From assembly GCA_003209955.1 (NCBI GenBank), contig QCOD01000005.1:21032-85031 (forward strand): DNA of 64,000 nucleotides. The letters run 5' to 3'. The notes under the pieces are model-generated. The model was not told the DNA's origin. It saw only the letters and a program-made list of their open reading frames with translations, and did no database searches. Position numbers and translations under genes: made by a program. Numbering within the stretch: position 1 is the first letter of the stretch; each line of letters starts with the position of its first letter. This stretch comes from OCS116 cluster bacterium AG-430-B22 (GTDB taxonomy: Bacteria; Pseudomonadota; Alphaproteobacteria; MED-G09). This document shows, piece by piece, positions 42,554-51,798 of this stretch.

Positions 42554-43569
42554 GGTTGCCAACCTTTTATATCATCATCTTCAGTTTTTGAGATAATATC
42601 ATGCAATATTCTAAGTATCGAAGTAATTCCTTTTCCGGTTACAGAAGACATCTTGAAAACATCTTTATTAGTATAGTCTTTTAAAATAATTAATTTTTCA
42701 TCTAATTTTTCTTCATTAATAGAGTCTGACTTAGATAAAACAATAATTTCTTTTTTCTCATCTAATTCTTTAGAATATGCTGATATCTCATTTCTAACAG
42801 TTTTCCATGAATTAATTACATCAGTGTCATTTGCATCAATCAAATGAAGAAGCAAATTACATCTTTCAATATGCCCAAGAAATCTATCACCTAGACCCTT
42901 TCCTTCATGGGCGCCTTCGATTAACCCAGGGATATCAGCAATTACTAACTCATTATCATTATATTTTGCTATGCCAAGAACTGGGTTTAGTGTTGTAAAG
43001 GGGTAATCAGCAATCTTAGGCTTTGCCTCACTCACTGTTGATATTAATGTTGATTTACCGGCATTGGGTAATCCAATTAAACCAATATCGGCAATAAGTT
43101 TTAATCTAAGCCATATCCATTTTTCTTGACCATTTTCTCCATCATTAGCAGTTCGGGGCGTTTGGTTTTCTGAGCTCTTAAAATGCGCATTACCAAACCC
43201 CCCATTCCCACCTTTTAGAATAGTTAGAGATTGATCTTTATTAATAACATCCGCAATGACCTCTTTATTATCCTCTTCCAATATTAATGTACCCCTTGGA
43301 ACTTCAATAATTGTATCCTCGCCTGATCTACCAGTTTTATCACTTCCCATTCCTGGACTGCCATTTTTAGCTTTAAAATGTTGTCTATATCTATAATCAA
43401 TTAAAGTATTAAGACCATCAACGCATTTGATAATGATATCGCCTCCTTTACCTCCATTCCCGCCGTTTGGACCTCCGAATTCAACAAACTTTTCTCTACG
43501 AAAACTTACACAACCATTTCCGCCGTTTCCAGATTGAATATGTATTTTTGCCTGATCAAGGAATTTCAT
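42550..43569 (-). CDS. obgE: GTPase Obg/CgtA
   Basis: MKFLDQAKIHIQSGNGGNGCVSFRREKF, Gly-rich Obg fold, G1 GLPNAGKST, G3 DIPGLIEGA. Start set to the MKFLD Met; the track ORF begins 2 codons earlier. Confidence 0.93.
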   Translation of the reverse strand: MKFLDQAKIHIQSGNGGNGCVSFRREKFVEFGGPNGGNGGKGGDIIIKCVDGLNTLIDYRYRQHFKAKNGSPGMGSDKTGRSGEDTIIEVPRGTLILEEDNKEVIADVINKDQSLTILKGGNGGFGNAHFKSSENQTPRTANDGENGQEKWIWLRLKLIADIGLIGLPNAGKSTLISTVSEAKPKIADYPFTTLNPVLGIAKYNDNELVIADIPGLIEGAHEGKGLGDRFLGHIERCNLLLHLIDANDTDVINSWKTVRNEISAYSKELDEKKEIIVLSKSDSINEEKLDEKLIILKDYTNKDVFKMSSVTGKGITSILRILHDIISKTEDDDIKGWQP

Positions 43570-43621
43570 AACCATGCTCGCAAAGTTAATTAAATATTAT
43601 AGTGATTAAGTTGAAACTTTT

Positions 43622-43891
43622 CTAGTTTGTAGCTTCTGGGCTTGGCTTTACAGAAACTACGGGTCTTCCATTTTGTGTTTTTGAAAAATCCACAGTTCCT
43701 TGAATTAAAGAGAAGATTGTATGATCTTTTCCTAGGCCAACATTTTTACCTGGCTTCCACTTTGTTCCTCTTTGACGAATAATAATATTTCCGGGAATAA
43801 CATTTTCCCCTCCATATTTTTTAACACCAAGTCTTCTTCCAGCTGAATCTCTTCCGTTCCTTGATGAACCGCCTGCTTTCTTGTGAGCCAT
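43622..43891 (-). CDS. rpmA: 50S ribosomal protein L27
   Basis: [24 protein letters not shown]...[20 protein letters not shown]. Confidence 0.97.
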   Translation of the reverse strand: MAHKKAGGSSRNGRDSAGRRLGVKKYGGENVIPGNIIIRQRGTKWKPGKNVGLGKDHTIFSLIQGTVDFSKTQNGRPVVSVKPSPEATN

Positions 43892-43894
43892 TTT

Positions 43895-44404
43895 TTACTC
43901 CTTTGAACCTTTATTAGTTTTTTTTGGTTCCGATTTAGCCTTTTTATCAGATTTTTTTGGTTTGTCTTCAGTTTTTTTTGATTTTGTGGTTACTTTTTTT
44001 GGAGCTGCCTTTTTTGGAGCTGCCTTTTTTGGAGCTGCCTTTTTTGTTGTTGTCTTCTTTCCATCGGTATCGGAGACTTTAGTTTTTCCCTGAGAAGCAT
44101 TTATACTTAAAATCTTTAAATTTGTAATATTTTGTTTATGACCTTTTTTTCTTCTGTAATTATGTCTTCTTTTTTTCTTAAATACTGTAATTTTAGCAGC
44201 CCTGGAATGATCCATAATCTCTGCTTCTACACTTGCACCTTTAATTAATGGATTTCCGACAATTGGTTTTCCTTTGTCTGATATGATTAAGACATCATTT
44301 AGCTTGATCTTTTTACCAGCATCTTCAGATAATTTTTCGACAGAAATAATATCATCCTTTGATACTTTATACTGTTTACCACCAGTTTTAATAACAGCGT
44401 ACAT
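43895..44404 (-). CDS. rplU: 50S ribosomal protein L21 with Lys/Ala/Pro-rich C-terminal extension
   Basis: MYAVIKTGGKQYKV...KITVFKKKRRHNYRRKKGHKQ core, then the tail ...KKAAPKKAAPKKAAPKKVTTKSKK.... Confidence 0.93.
   Translation of the reverse strand: MYAVIKTGGKQYKVSKDDIISVEKLSEDAGKKIKLNDVLIISDKGKPIVGNPLIKGASVEAEIMDHSRAAKITVFKKKRRHNYRRKKGHKQNITNLKILSINASQGKTKVSDTDGKKTTTKKAAPKKAAPKKAAPKKVTTKSKKTEDKPKKSDKKAKSEPKKTNKGSKE
44001..44045. repeat. 3 perfect tandem copies of the 15-mer GGAGCTGCCTTTTTT (encodes (KKAAP)3 on the minus strand)
   Basis: Read directly: units at 44001-44015, 44016-44030 and 44031-44045, inside the rplU tail. Confidence 0.95.
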
Positions 44405-44442
44405 TTTCAGCCCATTTTTATTACAAATTAATGTGTGGCGCG

Positions 44443-44470
44443 ACTATAACCCTAGGATGGTTTGTGTCAA
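44443..44470 (-). promoter_or_regulatory. near-consensus sigma70 promoter for rplU-rpmA
   Basis: On the minus strand: TTGACA (44470-44465), 16-nt spacer, TATAGT (44448-44443). About 35 nt upstream of the rplU ATG. Confidence 0.55.
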
Positions 44471-44494
44471 GTTTTATGATGGCAAAAAATTATT

Positions 44495-45745
44495 CTATAC
44501 CTTGGGTTTGGAATAATTCAAAAATGTTAAAGGCAAGATACATAAAAAAGCTGCTATTAAGTAAATTGAGCTAACAGTTAAATCAAAGAAACCGTCAAAT
44601 ATACCAGCAAAAGTTTCACCAATAATTCTGGAAAAATGCCTTGTACTCATAAAAATAGCAAATATTGATGCCGCATAAGATGATAAAGAAAATTTCATAC
44701 ATAAAGCTAAGACAGCAGTTAATGCAAATGAATTAAAAAATGAAAAGGCAAGCAATATGCCTATTCCAAAAAACTCATTTATTATAATATTTGTTTGAAT
44801 TGCAATTAATAAACATAGAAAACTAAGAGATACATGTGATATCTTTATAATTAATTGTGAATTTACTTTATCAGAAAGATATCCACCCAAAAGTGCAGCT
44901 AAAATTCCACCATAAAGTGCGACCGACCTATAAAATGTTAAGTCGAATGATTTCCAGTCAGCATAATTTGTATAAAGATATGAAATTGATGAGAAATGTA
45001 TACCTGAAGCAAGATTTGAGGTAATACAAAATAAAATTAATAAAAAAATATGTTTTTGATTAATAGTCTTAATAATAAAAAGGATAGTATCTTTAAATTT
45101 GAATGGAGATAATTCGTTAGTATTAATCTTGGTTCCAAACGAAAGGTATTTATCTGTTTGTTTCTCTCTAAAAATTGAAAGAAGGACACCCGCTAAAAAA
45201 ATAAAAAACCCAATAAATGCGATTGCATTTATCAGGCCATAATTTGTCATGATATAAGCTGAAGAAATACCTGACAAACTTAAGCCGAAAGTTCGAAAGG
45301 CCCACATTAGTCCATTAACAGTACCTCTTTCATTATCATTTAAAATATCTATTGCTAGTCCATCTGTTGAAACATCAAGAATAGAAGTAGCAAGTAAAGT
45401 TGAAAAAAAAATAATTCCCAGTAGCAATGGATCGATTTCATTTTTTGAAAGTATTGCCGCGATAAATATTGTTATACTCATAAAAAGAATAGATAAAATT
45501 ATCCAAGATCTTCTTTTACCCATGTTTGATTCTGAATAGTAATCAACAAAAGGTGCTATTATAAATTTCAATGACCATGGTATTGATGAAATTGCAGTAA
45601 TTAGAGCTATATCCTTAATTGTAAAGCCGTTACCAGTTAACCAATCTTGTATAGAAAAATAAATGAGACCCTGAGGTATTGCCTGAAGGAAATATAAGGA
45701 ACATAGGTAAGTTCTTTTATATTTTTGTATATTTAGATTTAACAA
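44495..45745 (-). CDS. AmpG/PAT-family MFS transporter
   Basis: About 12 TM segments. SIPWSLKFIIAPFVDYYSESNMGKRRSWI matches the AmpG-type W-x-x-KF-x-W-x-P-x-x-D...GRRR-W loop. Confidence 0.7.
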   Translation of the reverse strand: MLNLNIQKYKRTYLCSLYFLQAIPQGLIYFSIQDWLTGNGFTIKDIALITAISSIPWSLKFIIAPFVDYYSESNMGKRRSWIILSILFMSITIFIAAILSKNEIDPLLLGIIFFSTLLATSILDVSTDGLAIDILNDNERGTVNGLMWAFRTFGLSLSGISSAYIMTNYGLINAIAFIGFFIFLAGVLLSIFREKQTDKYLSFGTKINTNELSPFKFKDTILFIIKTINQKHIFLLILFCITSNLASGIHFSSISYLYTNYADWKSFDLTFYRSVALYGGILAALLGGYLSDKVNSQLIIKISHVSLSFLCLLIAIQTNIIINEFFGIGILLAFSFFNSFALTAVLALCMKFSLSSYAASIFAIFMSTRHFSRIIGETFAGIFDGFFDLTVSSIYLIAAFLCILPLTFLNYSKPKV

Positions 45746-45761
45746 AATCTATTTTATTCCT

Positions 45762-46484
45762 TTAATTTTGCTCTTCTTCTTGATCTTTTACTTTTTGTGA
45801 TATTTCTCTCTCAATACCTAATGCAAAATCAGAAACATATGGATTAGTCAGTCTTTCCTGACCAAAGGTAGAAAGAGGGCCATGACCAGGGATAAATGTC
45901 ATATTGTCTCCAAGAGGCCATAATCTATTTACAATTGAATTTACTAATTCTTCATGATTACCTCTCGGAAGATCAGATCTACCAATTGATCCCTGGAAGA
46001 TTACATCTCCGACAACTGCTAATTGAGACTGTTCATGGAAGAAAATAATATGACCTGGAGTATGACCTGGACAGTGTCTGACACCTAGAGTTTGATTACC
46101 AACTTTAACTTCATCGCCATTTTCAAGATATCTGTCAGTTTTGAAAACCTTGGCACCATGTAGGCCAAATTTTTCTCCCTGCTGAGCGAGGCTTTCCATC
46201 AAGAAAAGATCTTCTTTATGAGGACCTTCAATTGGAACATTAAGAATTTTAGAAAGTTCGTGAGCTCCGCCAGCATGATCTAGGTGTGCATGTGTTATCA
46301 ATATTTTTTCGACAGTTACATCATTTTCCTCAATTGCTTTTAGAATATTATCAAGATCTCCGCCTGGATCAAATACAGCTCCCATAGAAGTTTCTAAACA
46401 CCAAACAATAGAGCAATTCTGTTGAAAGGGAGTAACAGGAACAACAATTGCCCTAACTGTTTTTTCTTGAGGACCTTTAGTCAT
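45762..46484 (-). CDS. MBL-fold metallo-hydrolase (glyoxalase II-like)
   Basis: ILITHAHLDHAGG (HxHxDH), HCPGHTPGH, IPGHGP. Confidence 0.8.
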   Translation of the reverse strand: MTKGPQEKTVRAIVVPVTPFQQNCSIVWCLETSMGAVFDPGGDLDNILKAIEENDVTVEKILITHAHLDHAGGAHELSKILNVPIEGPHKEDLFLMESLAQQGEKFGLHGAKVFKTDRYLENGDEVKVGNQTLGVRHCPGHTPGHIIFFHEQSQLAVVGDVIFQGSIGRSDLPRGNHEELVNSIVNRLWPLGDNMTFIPGHGPLSTFGQERLTNPYVSDFALGIEREISQKVKDQEEEQN

Positions 46485-46487
46485 AAC

Positions 46488-47195
46488 TTATAAGAAAATC
46501 TCTTCTAAAAAATTACTCATTGCTTCCCAAGATCTTCTATTTGCATTTTCATTAAACGCCATTCCATCCTCAGGAGCATTTGCTAAAGGATTCGTAAATG
46601 CATGAGATGTTCCCCCATAGGCATGAATTTGCCAATCGGCATTTACAGCTGTTAATTCGTTAGCTAGGCCATTCACAGATTCGTGAGGAACCATAGGATC
46701 ATCATTTCCATGAAGGACTAATATTTTTGTGCTAATCTTATTACCATCAGTATTTCCTGGAGGATTGAATAATCCATGAAAAGACACTACGCCTGCAACG
46801 CTTGAACCGGTTCTTGCAAGATCAAGAACACATAATCCACCAAAACAGAAACCAATTGCAGCTGATTTATTTGCATTAACTCCTATTTGATCAATCACTG
46901 TTTGATGAGCCAGATTTATTCTTCTTTGAAGCATTTCACGGTCATCAAGGACAGCCTGCATCAATTCCATATTTTCTTCTGGTGTAGAGCCTGTCTTCCC
47001 TTCTCCATACATATCAACAGCAAAACCAGAGTAACCTAATTGATTCATCATTTTTGCTTTCTCAAGAGTAAAATCATCTCTTCCTGCATATGTTGGAACT
47101 ACAAGTACAACAGGACTGTTAGCTGGATTTTCTGTTGGAAATAAAATGCCTTCTAATCTTATATCATTATCATAATAATCTATTTGCTGACTCAT
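46488..47195 (-). CDS. dienelactone hydrolase family protein
   Basis: Alpha/beta-hydrolase DLH pattern: VVLVVPTYAGR, nucleophile-elbow region AAIGFCFGG, VLHGNDDPMVP, SHAF. Confidence 0.8.
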   Translation of the reverse strand: MSQQIDYYDNDIRLEGILFPTENPANSPVVLVVPTYAGRDDFTLEKAKMMNQLGYSGFAVDMYGEGKTGSTPEENMELMQAVLDDREMLQRRINLAHQTVIDQIGVNANKSAAIGFCFGGLCVLDLARTGSSVAGVVSFHGLFNPPGNTDGNKISTKILVLHGNDDPMVPHESVNGLANELTAVNADWQIHAYGGTSHAFTNPLANAPEDGMAFNENANRRSWEAMSNFLEEIFL

Positions 47196-47207
47196 TATAC
47201 TCTCCTA

Positions 47208-47978
47208 TTATTCTGGCATAGAGCCTGAGGCAACAGACATAGCATTATCTACCCTTAATTGAGCACCATTCATAAATTTAGATTCATCAGATGCAAGATA
47301 TAATGCCGCATAAGCAATATCATTTGGTTCACCTTGCTTACTTGCTGGGGCATCTTGATTTGGTGCGCCGCCAAATTTCGCTTCCATTTTCTCTGGTACA
47401 CTTTCTACCATAGGGGTAATAATTCCTGAAGGATGAATGGAATTACATCTAACTCCATTTTTCTTTAAACCACAATGAACGGCTACAGCTCTAGTATAAG
47501 CTTCGATAGCTCCTTTTGCTGCACAATAAGCGGCAACATAAGATTCACCCTGAACGGATGCGATTGAACACATATTAACAATTGAACCACCACCAGATTC
47601 GGCCATTACTGGTATAGAATATTTACACCCAAAGAAGGTGCTATCCATATGAACAGCCATCGTTTTTCTGTATTCTTCAGTTGTTTGATTTTCTGGATCA
47701 CCAACTTCAACTATACCTGCATTATTAACAAGAACATCTAATTTGCCATGAAGGTTAACAGTATCGGAAATTATTTCTTTCCATCTTTCTTCATCCGTTA
47801 CATCTTGCTGCATAAAAGTAGCTCCAATTTTATCAGCTAATTCTTGACCTTTATCAGCAGCAACATCGGTAAGTATAACTTTTGCGCCTTCTTTAGCAAA
47901 TAATGTTGCGTCTGCTGCGCCTAAGCCCATAGCCGCTCCAGTTATTATTGCAACCTTGTTTTCAAGTCGTCCTGTCAT
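47208..47978 (-). CDS. classical SDR, hydroxysteroid-dehydrogenase-like
   Basis: KVAIITGAAMGLG, NNAGI, canonical S...YCAAK. The overall layout (DVT-EE-W, LVNNAG) is like 3alpha(20beta)-HSD-type SDRs. Confidence 0.8.
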   Translation of the reverse strand: MTGRLENKVAIITGAAMGLGAADATLFAKEGAKVILTDVAADKGQELADKIGATFMQQDVTDEERWKEIISDTVNLHGKLDVLVNNAGIVEVGDPENQTTEEYRKTMAVHMDSTFFGCKYSIPVMAESGGGSIVNMCSIASVQGESYVAAYCAAKGAIEAYTRAVAVHCGLKKNGVRCNSIHPSGIITPMVESVPEKMEAKFGGAPNQDAPASKQGEPNDIAYAALYLASDESKFMNGAQLRVDNAMSVASGSMPE

Positions 47979-47996
47979 ATTGTTCTCCTAATTAAA

Positions 47997-49385
47997 TTAA
48001 TTTTTTGTTTGTTTAATGTATTTGTCAACTATTTGATGTAAATGTCTTGCTCTAGATTCTTGATAATTTCCAAGAGTCTGAGCTCCCTTAGGGCTAGCTT
48101 TAAATCCTCTAGTTTGAGACATAAGATTATTAGTGTCTTGATCATATACTGCTCCAAGATAACCAGTTCCCTCACATAATGTATAGCTATCATCAATATC
48201 CAGATAATGTGGTTCTGGAGGAAGTGGATGATCTTCATTCTCTACTTTGGGTCTTAAAAATAATAGATCAAAAATTGCATTATCTACTCCATCTGGTCTA
48301 AATCTATAAACCATGGGAAGTTGAAGACCTGGAAAAAAGAAAGCGTTAGGGAAAACAAAATATTCAATTGAGTCTATAGTTTCAGTAACAGTAAGATGTG
48401 AAAAATCTGATTTATATTTTTCTCCCATCTCCTCCTGTACAATTCTGGCATATACTTCTCGAGCAGTGCTACCTTCTGGAACTTTGACCGTCCCTGAATC
48501 ATCATCGAGTTTTCTTCCTAATAAAATATCCAAAATCTCTTGTTGGCTAGGTCTATTTTCAACAATATGTGGGCTTGTATACCCTATGGTATGTATAAAG
48601 CGTGAGACATGATCACCAAAAATATCATAATCTGCATTGGCATCACCAGCTGTATAAACACCTTCAGAATGAGTTTCAAGCACATGATATGCCTCTAAAA
48701 AAGCTTCCGCCGCCGCCTTCCAATTACATGGAAGTTTTTTGGTGACATGTGTTTCAATATACCGATCTTCTAGATTCCAATTTTTAAAATGTTCAGGCAA
48801 GACACCTAAATAATCATTTAAAGGGCTAGCATTTTGGTCAAAATTTATAAAAACAAACCCGCCCCATGTATCGCATTTTAGTTCTGGAAGATTATACTCT
48901 TCCTTATTGACATGAGGGAAATCCCAATCACAAGGAAGGTATTCTAACTTACCAGAAAGGGACCATGTCCAGCCATGAAAAGGACATTTAAGTTCTTTAC
49001 ATACACCAGATGTACCTGATGGCTTTAATTGTGTTCCTCTATGTAGACATGAATTATAATATGCTTTTATTTCATTATTATTTGATCGGACAATTACTGC
49101 TGATAAGTCAGCAACATCATAAACATAATAATCGCCTACTTCAGGTACATGATCCACATGACAAGCCCACTGCCAGACTTTAGACCACATTTTATTATTT
49201 TCTTCCTGCGCAAAATCTTTTGAAATATATCTTTCAAAAGGTATATCTGCATCTCCAATGAATTCATAAGACTCCTCAAGAATAGCATCAGGCGCTCCAG
49301 TACAATCTCTACTTACCAATTCTTTAGTAGATGGGTGATCTGGACATCTTGCCTCACCAGGCTTCAGGTTTTTAAGTTCACTCAT
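47997..49385 (-). CDS. Rieske [2Fe-2S] non-heme iron oxygenase, alpha subunit (phthalate-family, alpha-only type)
   Basis: Rieske CLHRG-x-CPFHGW; mononuclear iron EAYHVLETH (H-x4-H); AGGGGA RBS. Confidence 0.85.
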   Translation of the reverse strand: MSELKNLKPGEARCPDHPSTKELVSRDCTGAPDAILEESYEFIGDADIPFERYISKDFAQEENNKMWSKVWQWACHVDHVPEVGDYYVYDVADLSAVIVRSNNNEIKAYYNSCLHRGTQLKPSGTSGVCKELKCPFHGWTWSLSGKLEYLPCDWDFPHVNKEEYNLPELKCDTWGGFVFINFDQNASPLNDYLGVLPEHFKNWNLEDRYIETHVTKKLPCNWKAAAEAFLEAYHVLETHSEGVYTAGDANADYDIFGDHVSRFIHTIGYTSPHIVENRPSQQEILDILLGRKLDDDSGTVKVPEGSTAREVYARIVQEEMGEKYKSDFSHLTVTETIDSIEYFVFPNAFFFPGLQLPMVYRFRPDGVDNAIFDLLFLRPKVENEDHPLPPEPHYLDIDDSYTLCEGTGYLGAVYDQDTNNLMSQTRGFKASPKGAQTLGNYQESRARHLHQIVDKYIKQTKN

Positions 49386-49576
49386 TAAATTAAGTCCCCT
49401 AATTTCATAAATGACGATATATTAATATTTACTTATTCTAAATAATAATCTTCAAAATTATGATTTATTTACAAAAAATCGTCAATATTCTTGTGTTTTT
49501 TATAAAAAAATAATTTTTACTTCAAATTAATTTTTTTATCTATATCCTCGTTTAATCATAATGTGGGAGAGAATTA

Positions 49577-51751
49577 ATGAAAAAAGTATATATTTTTCTT
49601 ATTGCTTGTTTTTTAATTAGTACAAGTAGTGTGATCGCTGACGAAGGCGATATTCAAACTAGTTCGTCAAATAATAATAATATTTCAAGTTCTAGTCTTG
49701 AAGAGATAGTTGTAACTGCAAGAAAAAGAGAGGAAAGCCTTTTGGATATTCCTGAATCTGTAGTGGCGATATCTGGAGATACTATTACACAGCATAATAT
49801 GAAAACTCTTGATAAGATTGGAATGACAGTTCCTAACTTCAATCTTAATACAAGAACAGATGGCTGGCCAAATGTAACAATGAGAGGCCTTGGCGCATTT
49901 AGTTTAACTCAGGGTGTAGGTTTTTATCTTGACGATATTCAACTTTTTGGTGATGCAACTTCAAGATTTGGTGATTTAGATAGAATTGAAATCCTAAAGG
50001 GACCTCAAGGTGTATTATATGGTGGAAGTAATATTGGTGGTGCTATCAAATTTATAAGTACAAGACCATCTCCAGACGAAACATCAGGTCGATTGAAGTT
50101 AATGGTTGGTGAACAAAATTCGATTGATATAGAGGGCTCTATTAATATTCCAATTGGAGATGATTGGGCAATAAGGTTATTTGCTTTTTCAAGAGAAGAC
50201 GATGGCTTTATGTATAATCCAAGCACAAATGACGATAGTGTAGCTGGTTATGAAGAAAGTGGAGGGCGACTATCAATAGCCGGACCAATTTCTGATAATC
50301 TTTCTCTTTATGCTTCTATAAGATCAAATCAATTTGATGGTCCAAACAATAACTGGGCATTAGAAAGAGGAACGCCTCCAAATTTTGAATATCCATTCAT
50401 AAATGATATTGATACTCCCTCTAATAATGATAAAGAAACAATCGGTGCTCATTTAGAGCTAGTTTGGGAGTTTGATGGTTTTGATTTGACTTCTATATCT
50501 TCTTATACTGATACCGAAGCTAAAAGACTTACTGATGTTGATCTTCAACCAGAATTATGGTTAGACGCTCGTCAAGATGAAACTTTTGAAGCTATGACTC
50601 AAGAAATTCGTCTTACATCAACAACGGATAGTAATTTACAATGGCAAATGGGACTTTATTCATCAAATATGGAATGGGTAGAAAGAGCCACAACAAGATT
50701 TGGTCCAGGCACAGTAATTTGTTTTTGTGACCTTACAGTACCAGCAAAACAGGATGATACAGAAACTACTCATTTAGCTGGTTTTGGTAACATAACTTAT
50801 ACAACCGGCCCTTGGGAAATTGGATTAGGAGTAAGAATCGACTCATGGGAAAGAGAAAAGGTTGTACCAGCTAATGTTACAGAAAGTGGTCTTCCGCACG
50901 CTAATAAAGTTGACGGTACTGAAGTTCTTCCAAGAGTATCCATTTCAAGATCTTTAGAAAATGACTCAATGGTTTATTTGACAGTTGCTAAAGGTTATGA
51001 GCCTGGAGGTTTAAGACATGAGCCTGTTACTTTTGATAATCAAGGCAATCCATCTTTATCTACATATAATAAAGAAGAGGCTATACAATATGAGCTTGGT
51101 TGGAAAGGTTCTTTTATGGAAGGAAGAGGCAATTTTTCAATGGCTGCATTTATGATTGATTATGAAGATCGACTTTTCACAACCATAGTTCAATCAGCTA
51201 CAGGACCATTTGAATCTATAGATAATACAGGAGACTCTGAGAATGTTGGATTTGAGCTTGAGGTAGCATATCAAGCTACTGAATATTTAACATTAGCAGC
51301 AGCATTTGGCACACTTGAAGCTGAATGGGATAATGGCACAATTATTTCAGGAGTTGATGTTAGTGGTCAAACTCCTTCTGGTTCTATTGATAATGGTGTT
51401 GCGCTTGCAGCAAACTATGCGAGACCGCTTGATAATGGTATGGAGTTTGTTGCTGACTTTCAATATAATAGAAGAGGACCAAGCATGAGTATGCCTCCTC
51501 AAAATGCTATAGATAACCCAAGTTATTATACACTTAATTTAACTACTGGTATTAGATCTGGTAATTGGGAATTTATGATTCATGGCGAAAATCTAACAGA
51601 TGAAAATTACTATACCGATCTAGAAAATTGGGTAAATCTTGGAGCCGGAGGCGCTTTAGATGGTGTCAATAATATGACTGATCCTTTTTATATTATTGGA
51701 ACTCATGGACATCCAAGAATGTTATCTGCAAGTTTAACTTATAATTTTTAA
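49577..51751 (+). CDS. TonB-dependent outer-membrane receptor
   Basis: Signal peptide MKKVYIFLIACFLISTSSVIA. Plug EEIVVTARKREESLLDIPESV...IEILKGPQGVLYGGSNIGGAI. Long beta-barrel ending ...SASLTYNF (terminal Phe). Confidence 0.9.
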   Translation: MKKVYIFLIACFLISTSSVIADEGDIQTSSSNNNNISSSSLEEIVVTARKREESLLDIPESVVAISGDTITQHNMKTLDKIGMTVPNFNLNTRTDGWPNVTMRGLGAFSLTQGVGFYLDDIQLFGDATSRFGDLDRIEILKGPQGVLYGGSNIGGAIKFISTRPSPDETSGRLKLMVGEQNSIDIEGSINIPIGDDWAIRLFAFSREDDGFMYNPSTNDDSVAGYEESGGRLSIAGPISDNLSLYASIRSNQFDGPNNNWALERGTPPNFEYPFINDIDTPSNNDKETIGAHLELVWEFDGFDLTSISSYTDTEAKRLTDVDLQPELWLDARQDETFEAMTQEIRLTSTTDSNLQWQMGLYSSNMEWVERATTRFGPGTVICFCDLTVPAKQDDTETTHLAGFGNITYTTGPWEIGLGVRIDSWEREKVVPANVTESGLPHANKVDGTEVLPRVSISRSLENDSMVYLTVAKGYEPGGLRHEPVTFDNQGNPSLSTYNKEEAIQYELGWKGSFMEGRGNFSMAAFMIDYEDRLFTTIVQSATGPFESIDNTGDSENVGFELEVAYQATEYLTLAAAFGTLEAEWDNGTIISGVDVSGQTPSGSIDNGVALAANYARPLDNGMEFVADFQYNRRGPSMSMPPQNAIDNPSYYTLNLTTGIRSGNWEFMIHGENLTDENYYTDLENWVNLGAGGALDGVNNMTDPFYIIGTHGHPRMLSASLTYNF

Positions 51752-51771
51752 TCTAAAATATAATTAATTTG

Positions 51772-51798
51772 AAAAGGCCCTTTGATAGGGCCTTTTTT
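51772..51798. terminator. bidirectional intrinsic terminator between convergent genes
   Basis: AAAAGGCCC 51772-51780, loop TTTGATA, GGGCCTTTT 51788-51796, flanked by A/T tracts. Lies between the TBDR stop (51751) and the MBL stop (51797-51799). Confidence 0.7.

Noticed and set aside
49386-49576. Possible riboswitch (cobalamin, TPP) or Fur box in the 191-nt region upstream of the TonB-dependent receptor
   Set aside because: The spacer is almost pure A/T, with no GC-rich paired elements or B12-box-like sequence that I could recognise. I found no convincing palindromic operator either. It is best read as plain divergent promoters.
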